Of a stretch of DNA of 64,000 nucleotides, positions 1 through 8,959 are shown piece after piece; position 1 is the stretch's first letter; every line of letters begins with the position of its first letter. The stretch is taken from NCBI GenBank assembly GCA_003962975.1, contig RXKC01000005.1:52751-116750 (forward strand). The letters are read 5' to 3'. This DNA comes from Candidatus Saccharimonadota bacterium. Its GTDB lineage: Bacteria > Patescibacteriota > Saccharimonadia > Saccharimonadales > AWTP1-31. Below the pieces are notes generated by a model, which searched no databases, was not told where the DNA came from, and was given only the letters and a program-made list of their open reading frames with translations. Made by a program: the position numbers and the translations under genes.

Positions 1-17
1 ATGTGTTGATTTGCATC

Positions 18-92
18 TGGCTCCCGGGGTCGGACTCGAACCGACAACCTCGAAGTTAACAGCTTCTTGCTCCACCATTGAGCTACCCGGGA
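18..92 (-). tRNA. tRNA-Asn (anticodon GUU)
   Basis: The reverse complement folds as a cloverleaf: acceptor TCCCGGG/CCCGGGA, T-arm GTCGG-TTCGAGT-CCGAC, anticodon loop CTGTTAA (GTT), and an encoded 3' CCA. Confidence 0.9.
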
Positions 93-205
93 ATAACAAT
101 GAGTACTTGAATGCTCAAGTTACTCATCGCCTATATAGTGAAGGTGCATGCCGCTGTTAGGCGGCGACTGGTAGATTATAGCGAACAGAGGCGGATTTCG
201 CAATG

Positions 206-676
206 CTAGGAGCGCACTCTTTGTTTAATAGCGGCTCTGGCTTCGCGGTTTTCGTCGCGGGCTTTCAGGGTATGTCGCTTGTCGTATTCTTTCTTGCCTC
301 GCCCGGCGGCAATCCGTACTTTGATGTATCTGCCTTTTGTGAGGATCTCGAGTGGCACAATAGTTTGACCTTGTTTCTTGAGGGTTATAAGCTTTTCAAT
401 TTCTTTGCGCTTGGCGAGCAACTTGCGGGTTCGGGTGCGGGCGGTCTCTTCGATAGGAATGCCGGGCATGGCAGAGATGGTGGCATTGATGAGCCAGAGC
501 TCCTCGTTTTTAATAGTCACGTAGGCTCCGCGCAGTTGGCCATGGCCATGACGAAGGGCTTTTGTCTCGGCGCCAGTCAGAATAATGCCCGTCAGAAAAC
601 TGTCGTCGAGTGCATAATCATGGCGAGCTCGGCGATTGCTTATGGTCTTTTGCTGGGGCTGCTTCTTTTTGGGCAT
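206..676 (-). CDS. smpB: SsrA-binding protein SmpB
   Basis: 156-aa ORF with family-typical blocks: ISNRRARHDY, GAETKALR, LLAKRKEI, KGRYIKVRIAAGRGKKEYDKR. Confidence 0.9.
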   Translation of the reverse strand: MPKKKQPQQKTISNRRARHDYALDDSFLTGIILTGAETKALRHGHGQLRGAYVTIKNEELWLINATISAMPGIPIEETARTRTRKLLAKRKEIEKLITLKKQGQTIVPLEILTKGRYIKVRIAAGRGKKEYDKRHTLKARDENREARAAIKQRVRS

Positions 677-721
677 GCACCCATTGTATCTGATAACCGA
701 CAGATTAACAGTGTGCTTACG

Positions 722-1913
722 CTATTGTTCCCAGCAAGCGAACAAGATATTTTGAGTTACCGAGTAGTTTTCAGGCTTCTTCATGGTCATGCGACCAGAC
801 GCATTGGCATTAGGGCAAACTCCATTGGCATTGCCGCGGTACTCTACCTGGCCTACCCATATACCCTTGTTTGTTGCAGGGTTAAGGTCAGAACATTCGC
901 TATATTGGTGACACTCTTCGTTTAATATGCCGTCGGGTATGCACATGGTTGCTGGGGTGCAGTACGGAATATTGGTTGGGGCAGTCACCTGCTGAGCCGT
1001 TAACTCAAAGCCATTCTTGCTAATGGCAGTGAGTCCGCGGATGTGCGATTGGTAGTAGTACTCCCGGTAGAGCCTGAGAGAGTGTGCTTCAGTAATACCA
1101 AAAGTAGAGTCATTCCCATAGCTATTAATCTGGTCACCTTCTACGCCGTCACAGCCAATCTTTTTGGCCACTTCTAGTCTGGCCCACATGATTGGTGCCC
1201 AGTACTGCCACGAGCTCTCTTTGATATCGAGCCAGAACTCACCTTCAAATATCCCGCCGGCTGAGTCTTCGCTATCCCCGCCAATGACGTCTGTATTGGC
1301 GTAGGCCGCTGGGCCATTATAGGCAATACCATTTCGGGAATTGTTGTTGCTCCATTTACCAGGAAATAGTTCGGCATCTGGCTCATACGTTTCAAAGGCA
1401 CCAATCCATATAGCAAATGACTTTTTTGCCCGCCGCCTTAAGCGCAGTAAAGGCTGTCGCATTGTTGCCCTTTGGCCACGTTACGGTACGTGTATCACCA
1501 TTGGCCCACGTTACGGTTTGGGTTGTTTGAGTTGGTATGGCGTCAGTGAGGTCGATATCATACATTTCAAAGCGGTTTAGCTCTGCCGCAGAAGTAGTAA
1601 TACCACCTTCGAGTACCCACTGCCAGCGCGTGTTGGCTGCTGGCTTCCACCAAGATCCCGTAGGAGTTGGTGTTGTTGGTGCTGCAAAACGAATAGCGTT
1701 GCCTCCGGAAGCATCTGAAAGGTCAGGATTCGCTGCGCCGCTAGCTAGCTGGCCTTGCTCGGCCTCGACGCTCAGGGTGGTCGTTGCGGCTCAGCTCAGC
1801 ACCAGCATTGATACGCCAATCACGATGATCGCAGTGGCAAGTACAAACTTTGGGAAGTGCTTGTTGCGCAGAGTTTTCTTGAGCTTTTTATGAATAGCGT
1901 GTTTTCGTTTCAT
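722..1913 (-). pseudogene. GH114-like (endo-alpha-1,4-polygalactosaminidase/PelA-hydrolase type) gene, disrupted
   Basis: The ATG at 1913 gives a signal/TM-like N-terminus that ends at an in-frame TGA (1793-1791). The same frame then continues (WQWVLEGG..EMYDIDLTD..GKKVICYMD) to about 1392. The family-like sequence continues in another frame as ORF 722..1462 (GAFETYEPD..FWLDI..CDGVEGDQ). Confidence 0.6.
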
Positions 1914-1938
1914 AGCAGTTACCAACAGTATATAGCGA

Positions 1939-2853
1939 TTATGCTTCTTTGGATGCTTTTTTGAGTGCGGCCAGTACTTTTTCTATGCTTGGATCTGGAC
2001 TATGCTTGGCAAGCCAGTACCACCACTCGAGCCCCCAGAGATCTATGGGTAAGAGTTTTGTGCTTTGGGCGGCAGTTATGTTGGCCTGCAGTAACTTCGC
2101 ATTCATTGATTTGGCTTGTTCTGTGCTAGGCATTTCCCAAATGTTTTTTGGCCCCCAAGGTTCGGCCTGCAGTTCATGAATAAAGCTCGGTCGTCGCCAA
2201 ATGAGTTTGATCAGTAGGGCACGGAACTTAAAAATCCACGGTTGGTATATAGATTTGCGGTACTGTCCTTTGTCGTGGGTGATACGGTAGTACGAAAAGC
2301 CAACAATATCGGGAATAGGACGACGCAGGGGTATACCCCAGCTGGTGCTGGTCGTCATGATCACGGGCCGTGTTTGGTCGAGATGTTTCACGAGCGCATA
2401 TTCTGTACGCAAGCGTGTGCGGTCAAAGTCGCCGTGTTTGCCAAAGTTTTTTAGCAAGGCTTCGTTTTCGAGCTGCCAGCTGACAATGGTTTTTTGATCT
2501 TTGTAGCGTACGACAACCGTTTCGATGAACTTCAGTAGTACTTGATTGCGTGCCCCTATCGGCAGTTTTTTTGCCCATTCCGGCCAGTGTGACTCGGGCC
2601 AGCGAGGCTGTCGCGCACCTAGGCACAGTGTCACGTCACCTTTGTAGCGACCAATAATCTCTAACTGTTTATCCAGGACTGTAAAATCATATGCTCCCTG
2701 CTTTGTCTCGCACTCATTCCAGTAGCTCATCAGGCGAAAACGACGTAGGCCAAGTTCTTTTAGGGCAAAGCGTAGGACAGCTTGATCACTAACCTTAAAG
2801 TTACGGCACTGCTTTATCGACAGACTGGCACCAAACGATTCTATTGTATTCAT
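1939..2853 (-). CDS. TIM-barrel glycoside-hydrolase-like protein (clan GH-A-like), paralog of 3094..4329
   Basis: 304-aa ORF sharing blocks with its neighbour: RRFRLMSYWNECE/RHFRLVSYWDEFE, LGARQPRWPESHWPEW/LGLRQPRWPECHMPNW, WQLENEA/YQLENEF, IHELQAEPWGP/IHELQTESWGP. The GH family cannot be assigned by eye. Confidence 0.55.
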   Translation of the reverse strand: MNTIESFGASLSIKQCRNFKVSDQAVLRFALKELGLRRFRLMSYWNECETKQGAYDFTVLDKQLEIIGRYKGDVTLCLGARQPRWPESHWPEWAKKLPIGARNQVLLKFIETVVVRYKDQKTIVSWQLENEALLKNFGKHGDFDRTRLRTEYALVKHLDQTRPVIMTTSTSWGIPLRRPIPDIVGFSYYRITHDKGQYRKSIYQPWIFKFRALLIKLIWRRPSFIHELQAEPWGPKNIWEMPSTEQAKSMNAKLLQANITAAQSTKLLPIDLWGLEWWYWLAKHSPDPSIEKVLAALKKASKEA

Positions 2854-2854
2854 A

Positions 2855-3088
2855 CTACGGAATTAAAATTAGTAACCAATCGAGCCAACGACTAAATGTT
2901 TTGGGAGGGTCTTTTGTGATTGAGGCGATGAACAATGCGACGGTTAGAATGGCAAGAAGGACTGCAAGAGCGAAACATATAACCAAAAGTACGCCGGTAA
3001 TTTTTTGGCTCATGACTGCGTAGCTTGCGCCAAAGGTGCCAATTACAGAAAGCAATGCGTAACTCGTAAATTTCTGATGTATCGTCAT
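2855..3088 (-). CDS. small membrane protein (two hydrophobic segments)
   Basis: ORF 2855..3136. I chose the internal ATG at 3088 (MTIHQKF...) so that it does not overlap the upstream gene's stop at 3094. The protein is hydrophobic (LLSVIGTFGASYAV..., VLLVICFALAVLLAILTVALFIA). Confidence 0.45.
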   Translation of the reverse strand: MTIHQKFTSYALLSVIGTFGASYAVMSQKITGVLLVICFALAVLLAILTVALFIASITKDPPKTFSRWLDWLLILIP

Positions 3089-3093
3089 ATGAC

Positions 3094-4329
3094 TTATTCT
3101 AGCACTGAGTCTCGAGGCAGATAGCAATCGTAGCACTGTTGTTCACGGATGGCTGCTTTACCGGCATCCCACAGGCTTGGATCGTTCATGCGGGTTTTGC
3201 GCCAGTACCAGCTCTCGACACCCCATAGGTCAATCTCTCGCATACCAGTCGCTTTACCATAGCGAATACGGTCACGCAAACGTTCGGCATTGAGTGATTG
3301 ATTCTGCTCATCGATGGTCATTTCTTTTATACCTTTGTCTGGTCCCCAGCTTTCGGTCTGTAGTTCATGAATAATTAGGTCACGTCCGGTGACTATTTTG
3401 GTACCACCAGCCAGGAAGCCATAAAACCAAGCTGGGAATGGGTATTCAAAATAGCGTTTGGTGAGTGTCTTATCCCAGACGCGTTTATAGACGGACACGC
3501 CTGATATATCAGGGATTGGTTCGTTGATGGGCCAGCCCCAGGCATTATTACTGCGCGTTACAATAACGGGAGTGTTAGGGTCTTTCTCTTTAACAAATTT
3601 GTACTCGTCAACCAGGCGCTCACGGCTGTGGTCTGGGCAAATGCCAAAGACCTTCAAGAAGAACTCATTTTCTAATTGGTAGGTGTCAAGGGATGGGTGA
3701 TCTTTGTAGCGATCAATCACAACACCAATGTACTTTTTGAGGCTTGGGTACCACTGATCCATCGGCTTGTCTTTATGCCAATTTGGCATATGACATTCTG
3801 GCCAGCGTGGTTGCCGTAGTCCAAGGGTTAACGAGACGGTACCACCAGCCTGTTTGACCTTTTCAAACTGCCAGTCGAGTTCGCGGAAGTCATAGTTGCC
3901 AGGTGATTTCTCGAACTCATCCCAGTAACTCACCAGACGAAAATGACGAATACCAAGGTTGTCTATCATGGCCTGCATAGTCGTCTCGGGTTCGAGCTCG
4001 AAGTAACGTGCATATCTGGGAATAAAAGTAGCGCCAAATTTGAACTCTTTATGTGCTTGCGTAGCGATGTACCACCGGGCAATGCCGTAGGCTGAGCCTA
4101 CAAAAAGAATGACTATAACGGCCAAGATAATGCCTAATTTTTGTAAGAGATTACGGTCTTGCCACCAAAACTTTGGTTTTTCTAAGCGGATTTTGCCTAG
4201 AAGTCGCCTAAAACGACGAGCTTCTTTGTCGCCACTGTGTTGGTTCAATAATGCGCGTTCGTCACGGAGCTCTTGAAGTAGTTTTTTATCTCGGACTTGC
4301 TTGGATGATCGCGTGGTTTTTTGTTTCAT
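3094..4329 (-). CDS. membrane-anchored TIM-barrel glycoside-hydrolase-like protein (paralog of 1939..2853)
   Basis: 411-aa ORF with a basic N-terminus, one TM segment (LGIILAVIVILFVGSAYGIA) and the same conserved blocks as the 304-aa paralog. Confidence 0.55.
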   Translation of the reverse strand: MKQKTTRSSKQVRDKKLLQELRDERALLNQHSGDKEARRFRRLLGKIRLEKPKFWWQDRNLLQKLGIILAVIVILFVGSAYGIARWYIATQAHKEFKFGATFIPRYARYFELEPETTMQAMIDNLGIRHFRLVSYWDEFEKSPGNYDFRELDWQFEKVKQAGGTVSLTLGLRQPRWPECHMPNWHKDKPMDQWYPSLKKYIGVVIDRYKDHPSLDTYQLENEFFLKVFGICPDHSRERLVDEYKFVKEKDPNTPVIVTRSNNAWGWPINEPIPDISGVSVYKRVWDKTLTKRYFEYPFPAWFYGFLAGGTKIVTGRDLIIHELQTESWGPDKGIKEMTIDEQNQSLNAERLRDRIRYGKATGMREIDLWGVESWYWRKTRMNDPSLWDAGKAAIREQQCYDCYLPRDSVLE

Positions 4330-4349
4330 TTGGTACTATCTATATATCC

Positions 4350-5192
4350 ATGCCTAAAGCATTAACGGTTTCCATCATTATACCAGTTTATAACGAAGCT
4401 TCGTGGCTGAAGGAATGTTTGCAGGCGATACAAAAACAGACGGTCACTCCCCTTGAGGTGATTGTGGTTGATAACAATTCTACAGATGGTTCACTCGCTA
4501 TTGCAAAACGCTTTGCAGGTGTAACGGTCTTGCAGGAAAAGCGACAAGGAGCATTGTATGCCCGAACCGCTGGTTTTAATGCAGCGCGCGGCGATATTAT
4601 AGGCCGCATTGATGCTGATACTCGCATTGAGCCTAACTGGGTTGAGCGCTTACAAGAGTTGATGATAGATAAGAAGGTTGCTGCTGTTACTGGCTCGTCG
4701 CATTGGTACGATATGCCATTATCGCCATTTAACCATTGGGTCGAAGATCTGTTTAAAAACGCATTGTTTCGACACGAGAAGAATTTTCCGTTCTTGTTCG
4801 GAACAAACATGGCCATTCGTCGCTCGGCGTGGCGCAGTATCAAAAGCGAGCTGTGCGACAAGGCGTATATCTTTGAGGACGCCGACCTGGCCATTCACCT
4901 TTTTCAGGATAAGCAGCAACTACTTTACGACATCAGACTACGGGCAGGCATGTCGGCTCGACGGTACTCGGATACGCCAAGAGCTTTCCTGCGCTATATC
5001 CGCTTACAAAGTGTGACGTACAAACAGCACGGCATTCATACAATTGGCTCGTCTATTGCTGTCGTCACCTATATTGTTGGGTATATAATTCTCCGACCAT
5101 TAAGCCTGGCATACGATGCAGACGCTAAACGCTTCTCGTTAAAAAAACTTCTATTCAATCGCAATCAGCCTCGCCGACATCCCTTCGATTAG
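4350..5192 (+). CDS. glycosyltransferase family 2
   Basis: Shows VSIIIPVYNE, VVDNNSTDGS and GRIDADT (DxD-type) blocks typical of GT2. The ATG at 4350 (MPKALTV) is preferred over the 4251 extension, which overlaps the divergent gene. Confidence 0.85.
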   Translation: MPKALTVSIIIPVYNEASWLKECLQAIQKQTVTPLEVIVVDNNSTDGSLAIAKRFAGVTVLQEKRQGALYARTAGFNAARGDIIGRIDADTRIEPNWVERLQELMIDKKVAAVTGSSHWYDMPLSPFNHWVEDLFKNALFRHEKNFPFLFGTNMAIRRSAWRSIKSELCDKAYIFEDADLAIHLFQDKQQLLYDIRLRAGMSARRYSDTPRAFLRYIRLQSVTYKQHGIHTIGSSIAVVTYIVGYIILRPLSLAYDADAKRFSLKKLLFNRNQPRRHPFD

Positions 5193-5214
5193 TTGCATCT
5201 ATGCGCGACGCGAC

Positions 5215-5787
5215 TCATTCTGGATTAGTGTAGGTCTGTCCTGACTCTTCGCTGGTGACATCACATTGTTGCCACAGACCAAGGTTATTTTCTTCGGCCT
5301 GTTTTTGATACTGCTTGAATTCATTAAGTTTCTCAAACGGAAAACTGGTATAGGCAAACCCATAACCCTGCTTAATAATTTCGGCGTTAACAAGTTGGTT
5401 GTTAGGTAGATAGACATAGCGCAGTAAGCGATTGTAGCGGTCTCGATTAGTGTTGGTTGGGTCTGACTGCAGACGCACTGTATTTTTGCCAATCAGCTTC
5501 TTAGTAAAATCAGTGGCTGCACTTCCAAAGCATTGCACTTCTTTACGGGGATCATTTGTTTCAGGAGTATCGACGCCAATTAAGCGAATGGTTTCATCGG
5601 TGCCGTGCATATCTATAGTGATTGTGTCGCCATCAACAACACGAATTACTCGGTATTGACCGGGCTGACTCTCGACAGCTTGTTTGTAAGCTGGCTCTAC
5701 ATAACCTTGTTGTTGCAACCAAGCAAAAAGCAGTCCTAGCAACCCGGCTAGCAAAGTACCAAGTGCCTTTTTGCGGCGCTTGGTCAT
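5215..5787 (-). CDS. secreted/membrane-anchored thermonuclease (SNase family)
   Basis: N-terminal TM segment (ALGTLLAGLLGLLFAWL) followed by VVDGDTITI...IRLIGVDTPET...RYGRLLRY-like blocks of staphylococcal-nuclease homologs. Confidence 0.85.
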   Translation of the reverse strand: MTKRRKKALGTLLAGLLGLLFAWLQQQGYVEPAYKQAVESQPGQYRVIRVVDGDTITIDMHGTDETIRLIGVDTPETNDPRKEVQCFGSAATDFTKKLIGKNTVRLQSDPTNTNRDRYNRLLRYVYLPNNQLVNAEIIKQGYGFAYTSFPFEKLNEFKQYQKQAEENNLGLWQQCDVTSEESGQTYTNPE

Positions 5788-6296
5788 AGTGAAAGTTTGT
5801 CTTTAACGTATTCGCTGGTTAGTTGTGTGCCGTCAAGCTCTATGTAAGCTTCGTCTTGTTTGGGCGGCTGTAGGTTGCCCGTCATTCGCTCAAAACGCTC
5901 TTCGGGCATGTTGCCCAGCACACGAGTGTCTTGCTTGTGGGCATCTTTGGTGGCCCTCGTTTTAGCAATTTCTTTAGGCGTGTGCACCCAGATGAGAACT
6001 GTCTCTGCTCCGGCTGAAGCAGCAATGTCACGAAGATGTTGGCGGTCTTTATAAAAGTTGAAGTTGGTATCAAAAATAACACTTTGACCGTTTTCAAGTA
6101 ATGTTTTTGATTTCTGATTTAATACTTCATATAGTTCGGTATTTTCTTGATGAGTGTACGTTGGAGTTGCAAATTTCAGCCGTCTTTCGTGGTCTGCCCA
6201 CAAGTGATAGGCGCCAGTTAGCTCATGGATAAGTTTAGACGCAGTCGTCTTACCCGCCCCAGGAAAACCCAGCATTAGATACAGTGTCTTTGACAT
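5784..6296 (-). CDS. P-loop kinase/AAA-type ATP-binding protein
   Basis: 170-aa ORF with Walker A GFPGAGKTT at the N-terminus. It overlaps the thermonuclease start by 4 nt. Confidence 0.65.
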   Translation of the reverse strand: MSKTLYLMLGFPGAGKTTASKLIHELTGAYHLWADHERRLKFATPTYTHQENTELYEVLNQKSKTLLENGQSVIFDTNFNFYKDRQHLRDIAASAGAETVLIWVHTPKEIAKTRATKDAHKQDTRVLGNMPEERFERMTGNLQPPKQDEAYIELDGTQLTSEYVKDKLSL

Positions 6297-6335
6297 ATCT
6301 CTAGACTAGCGTGCTCGCGTTCAAATGTACACTGG

Positions 6336-7946
6336 CTAACCCATGCGTCGATAGGTGGATGTGGCGCCAAGGTGCTCGTAACTGTTCTTATGGCCTACGT
6401 CTAATAGAACTACCTGTGCGAGACCTTTTGGTAACAGGTAGAACACTCGAGTTTGGGCTGCAACTTCGCCGAGGGATAAACCGCTGCGCTGCTTAGGATT
6501 TAGTCTCCAGACAGGTAAAGGGCGTTCGTGGGTATTGCCGTTATCAAGTTTTATTGTGGTCTGAGTTAGTTTTGCTGCTCCATTACCACGAGGTTCAGCG
6601 AGCAACGATATAACCATGCTAACTACATCTTGACCGATGCGGGGATCAGAATCGATCTTACCTAAGTAACGACGAACAGCCGATAATCCACGCACTGCTG
6701 TTTCTAGATCATCTGTATCAGCAATTTCAATTGTTTCGCGTGGTTGCACTAGTCCGCTCACAATCACTGAGTCCGAGACCCGATCTAGTACCCAAGGGCT
6801 TTCGGGTGGAAGATCACCAATTATTGTTTCTGGTCGCAGCCTTTTGGTTACGCGCCCGCCTGTTCTCGCTGCTGACCTTTGTCGCTTTGTGCGTTTCTCG
6901 GGTACGGTTCTGGTTCGAACGATTTGCTCATAGTCATCATCGGATATATAAAATGTAGATTTATCAATATAAGGGGCAAGCTCCGCACTCCATTTTTGCT
7001 CCAAGCCGTCGATATTTATACGATGATCGTCTTCGAGTTGTAATCGTAGCGATTCGGGCCAGTCGTCGACGTTTAGTGACACCAGAAATTGACTCGGTAA
7101 TGATGGTAGGTCGTCTGCTCGCATTACCTTTCGGATTGCATCGAACCAGGCTAGGCTTATGGGGTCAATTCTACCGCGTGCTTCTTCGCGGACAGAGGGG
7201 TCTTCATCGTAGCAGCGGTCGAGACACTCAACAAAATCGTCTCGATAGAGTTCAGGGTGTTTTCTTATAATTTGGAATGCAGTGTCAACTAAATCTGTTT
7301 CCATTGGGTCGTGCGCTTGTTTGGCAAGAAATACTAAGAGAGGACGATATTCATCCGAATCAAATTCCTCAGACGTGACGTGCTCAACGAGTTCGGTAGC
7401 ACCAGAATTACTTGCAATCAAGGTGAGTAAGTTATTTCGCAAAGTGCCCTCGAGCTCAACCCGTTTCTTTTCTGCTTCAAATACACCTAGCCAAGATCTA
7501 GCTGAATGTTTGGCCATACTACTTTGAGGGGTGCTTTCATCTAGGTCGGCAGCATATTCGTTTCGTAGATTTGCGACTTTATCTTTTGTATCTTCAGAGT
7601 CGGTAAAGACTAAAGTTTGCGCAGCATTTTTTGCACTGATAATTACCAGCCCGCAGTCATTTCGCTCTTCACGTAACTGACGGCTAAAGGAGCGTAATTC
7701 TTCTCGCCCACTAACCTGCTCATCTGGATAATCTTCCCAAACCGCGTCTCGGATAGTCTCTTCATCAAGAGCTTGTCGACATGCAGTTCGTACATTACGA
7801 ATTGCGAGACGGTAATCTTGAATGACTGGGTCAATTCCCTCGAAAAAAGCGTCCAAGCGCCCATCGGCAGCAGGCATCAATGCGTCTGTTGGTAGAGCTC
7901 GTTCGGCCACTTCGTCAGTGGGGGGCAAGGATATTTCGGACATCAT
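6336..7946 (-). CDS. hypothetical acidic protein with RelE/ParE-like C-terminal segment
   Basis: 536-aa uninterrupted ORF. The last ~60 aa (VWRLNP...RVFYLLPKGLAQVVLLDVGHKNSYE) resemble the core strands of RelE/ParE/HigB-type toxins. I do not recognise the N-terminal ~450 aa. Confidence 0.55.
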   Translation of the reverse strand: MMSEISLPPTDEVAERALPTDALMPAADGRLDAFFEGIDPVIQDYRLAIRNVRTACRQALDEETIRDAVWEDYPDEQVSGREELRSFSRQLREERNDCGLVIISAKNAAQTLVFTDSEDTKDKVANLRNEYAADLDESTPQSSMAKHSARSWLGVFEAEKKRVELEGTLRNNLLTLIASNSGATELVEHVTSEEFDSDEYRPLLVFLAKQAHDPMETDLVDTAFQIIRKHPELYRDDFVECLDRCYDEDPSVREEARGRIDPISLAWFDAIRKVMRADDLPSLPSQFLVSLNVDDWPESLRLQLEDDHRINIDGLEQKWSAELAPYIDKSTFYISDDDYEQIVRTRTVPEKRTKRQRSAARTGGRVTKRLRPETIIGDLPPESPWVLDRVSDSVIVSGLVQPRETIEIADTDDLETAVRGLSAVRRYLGKIDSDPRIGQDVVSMVISLLAEPRGNGAAKLTQTTIKLDNGNTHERPLPVWRLNPKQRSGLSLGEVAAQTRVFYLLPKGLAQVVLLDVGHKNSYEHLGATSTYRRMG

Positions 7947-8013
7947 TTAACTATACCATAAAATATGACTATAGTCCATTACAGTAGACTACTGGTTATT
8001 TACAAATTCTATA

Positions 8014-8583
8014 CTAGTAGTCAATACCTGGGTTGGCCAGGAATTTATCATCAAAGTGGTGCTTGATCTTGGTCATATTTGTGGCGATGTCTACCAGTGG
8101 CAATAAGTCCTTGGGAAAATTTCGGCCGGTCATACACAGACTTGTCTTTTGATGGCGATCAACGATGAGTTTCTTGAGCTGCGCGTTAGACAGTAAACCA
8201 TCATTGACGGCATTGTTGATCTCATCGCAAATTACTAGGTCGTAGTCACCACTTGTAGCCTTAGCGTAGGCTTCGTCATAGGTTTCTTGAGCAGCTTGCT
8301 TGTGCTGTTCTTCACTGATGTGCTGAGGGCTAAGGTCGCCAGCTTTATAAAAGCCCTTACCGCCCTTATAGAAGAAAAGCTGTTCTTTATACAGGGACTG
8401 AATATCTCGAATAAAGACGTGCTCGCCGACGCCCCAGTACTTAATGAACTGCACAAAAGCGACATTCCAACGGTTACCCAAAGCGCGCACCATTAGGCCT
8501 AGGCTGGCACTGGTTTTACCCTTGCTATCACCGGTATACACAATCACTACTGATTGCTTGGTCTTAAAGTCTTCAAAGCTCAC
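8014..8583 (-). CDS. cobO: ATP:corrinoid adenosyltransferase (CobA/CobO/BtuR family)
   Basis: 189-aa ORF with YTGDSKGKTSASLGLMVRALG (P-loop), FVQFIK, and the LVICDEIN...GLL and TGRN blocks typical of the family. Confidence 0.75.
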   Translation of the reverse strand: MSFEDFKTKQSVVIVYTGDSKGKTSASLGLMVRALGNRWNVAFVQFIKYWGVGEHVFIRDIQSLYKEQLFFYKGGKGFYKAGDLSPQHISEEQHKQAAQETYDEAYAKATSGDYDLVICDEINNAVNDGLLSNAQLKKLIVDRHQKTSLCMTGRNFPKDLLPLVDIATNMTKIKHHFDDKFLANPGIDY

Positions 8584-8600
8584 GCTATCAGTATAGCGTG

Positions 8601-8849
8601 TTATTTAGTTGCAAGCGCAGCGTCAATTTTTGGACGGTCAAAGCCGAGTACGACGGTGCCATTTACATCTAAGACTGGTGTGACAGCCTGGCCGACGTTA
8701 TCCATTACCCATTGGTAGGCTTTTGGATTGTCGCTGATGTCGTACTCTTTAAAAGCTACTTTTTTACTCTTTAGATACTCTTTTGCCATATGACAGTATG
8801 CACAGGCTGGGGAGCTATAAACGGTTACACTCATGCCTTTAGTATACAC
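8601..8849 (-). CDS. glutaredoxin/NrdH-like redoxin
   Basis: About 80-aa ORF with a CAYC redox motif (VYSSPACAYCHMAKEYL) and a thioredoxin-fold length. The start is uncertain (8849 or 8834). Confidence 0.75.
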   Translation of the reverse strand: MYTKGMSVTVYSSPACAYCHMAKEYLKSKKVAFKEYDISDNPKAYQWVMDNVGQAVTPVLDVNGTVVLGFDRPKIDAALATK

Positions 8850-8959
8850 CTGCTGGCATGTAGTAAGAAAGACTATTGTAGAGGAGTACCACTCCTGTTA
8901 TACTGCCGAAAGATGAGTTTGAACACCGCCGCCAACCTGTTGACGACGAAGTCCTCCGT

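Noticed and set aside
93-205. Small hairpins between tRNA-Asn and smpB (GAGTACTTGA...TCAAGTTACTC; GCCGC-tgttag-GCGGC), considered as a terminator or a tmRNA fragment.
   Set aside because: The stems are short and imperfect, and no T-run follows. Nothing here resembles tmRNA, so the support is insufficient.
203-925. 240-aa plus-strand ORF, together with many similar long ORFs antisense to confident genes (for example 10346-11005, 11481-11900, 13165-13680, 14489-14992, 17157-17534, 19072-19518 and 48725-49171).
   Set aside because: They lie antisense or out of frame to genes with clear family motifs (smpB, atp genes, helicase, fusion MTase). Their composition is low-complexity or odd, and they lack an RBS. 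I treat them as shadow ORFs.
1791-1793. The in-frame TGA in the GH114-like gene as evidence for an alternative genetic code (TGA=Gly, as in some CPR lineages).
   Set aside because: TGA clearly terminates many well-defined genes here (the SDR at 33865, the deaminase at 34907, ABC-F at 39706 and the 97-aa atp ORF at 15705). The same gene also carries a frameshift, so disruption or assembly error is the simpler reading.
4251-4349. The upstream extension of the GT2 ORF. The same reasoning applies to similar 5' extensions of ndh (23003-23056), guaA (26628-26633), the PLD gene (32645-32668), the HAD gene (36947-36961) and the NTase (37563-37619).
   Set aside because: The extensions overlap neighbouring genes or lack an RBS. 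Internal ATGs with a good Shine-Dalgarno sequence give family-typical N-termini.
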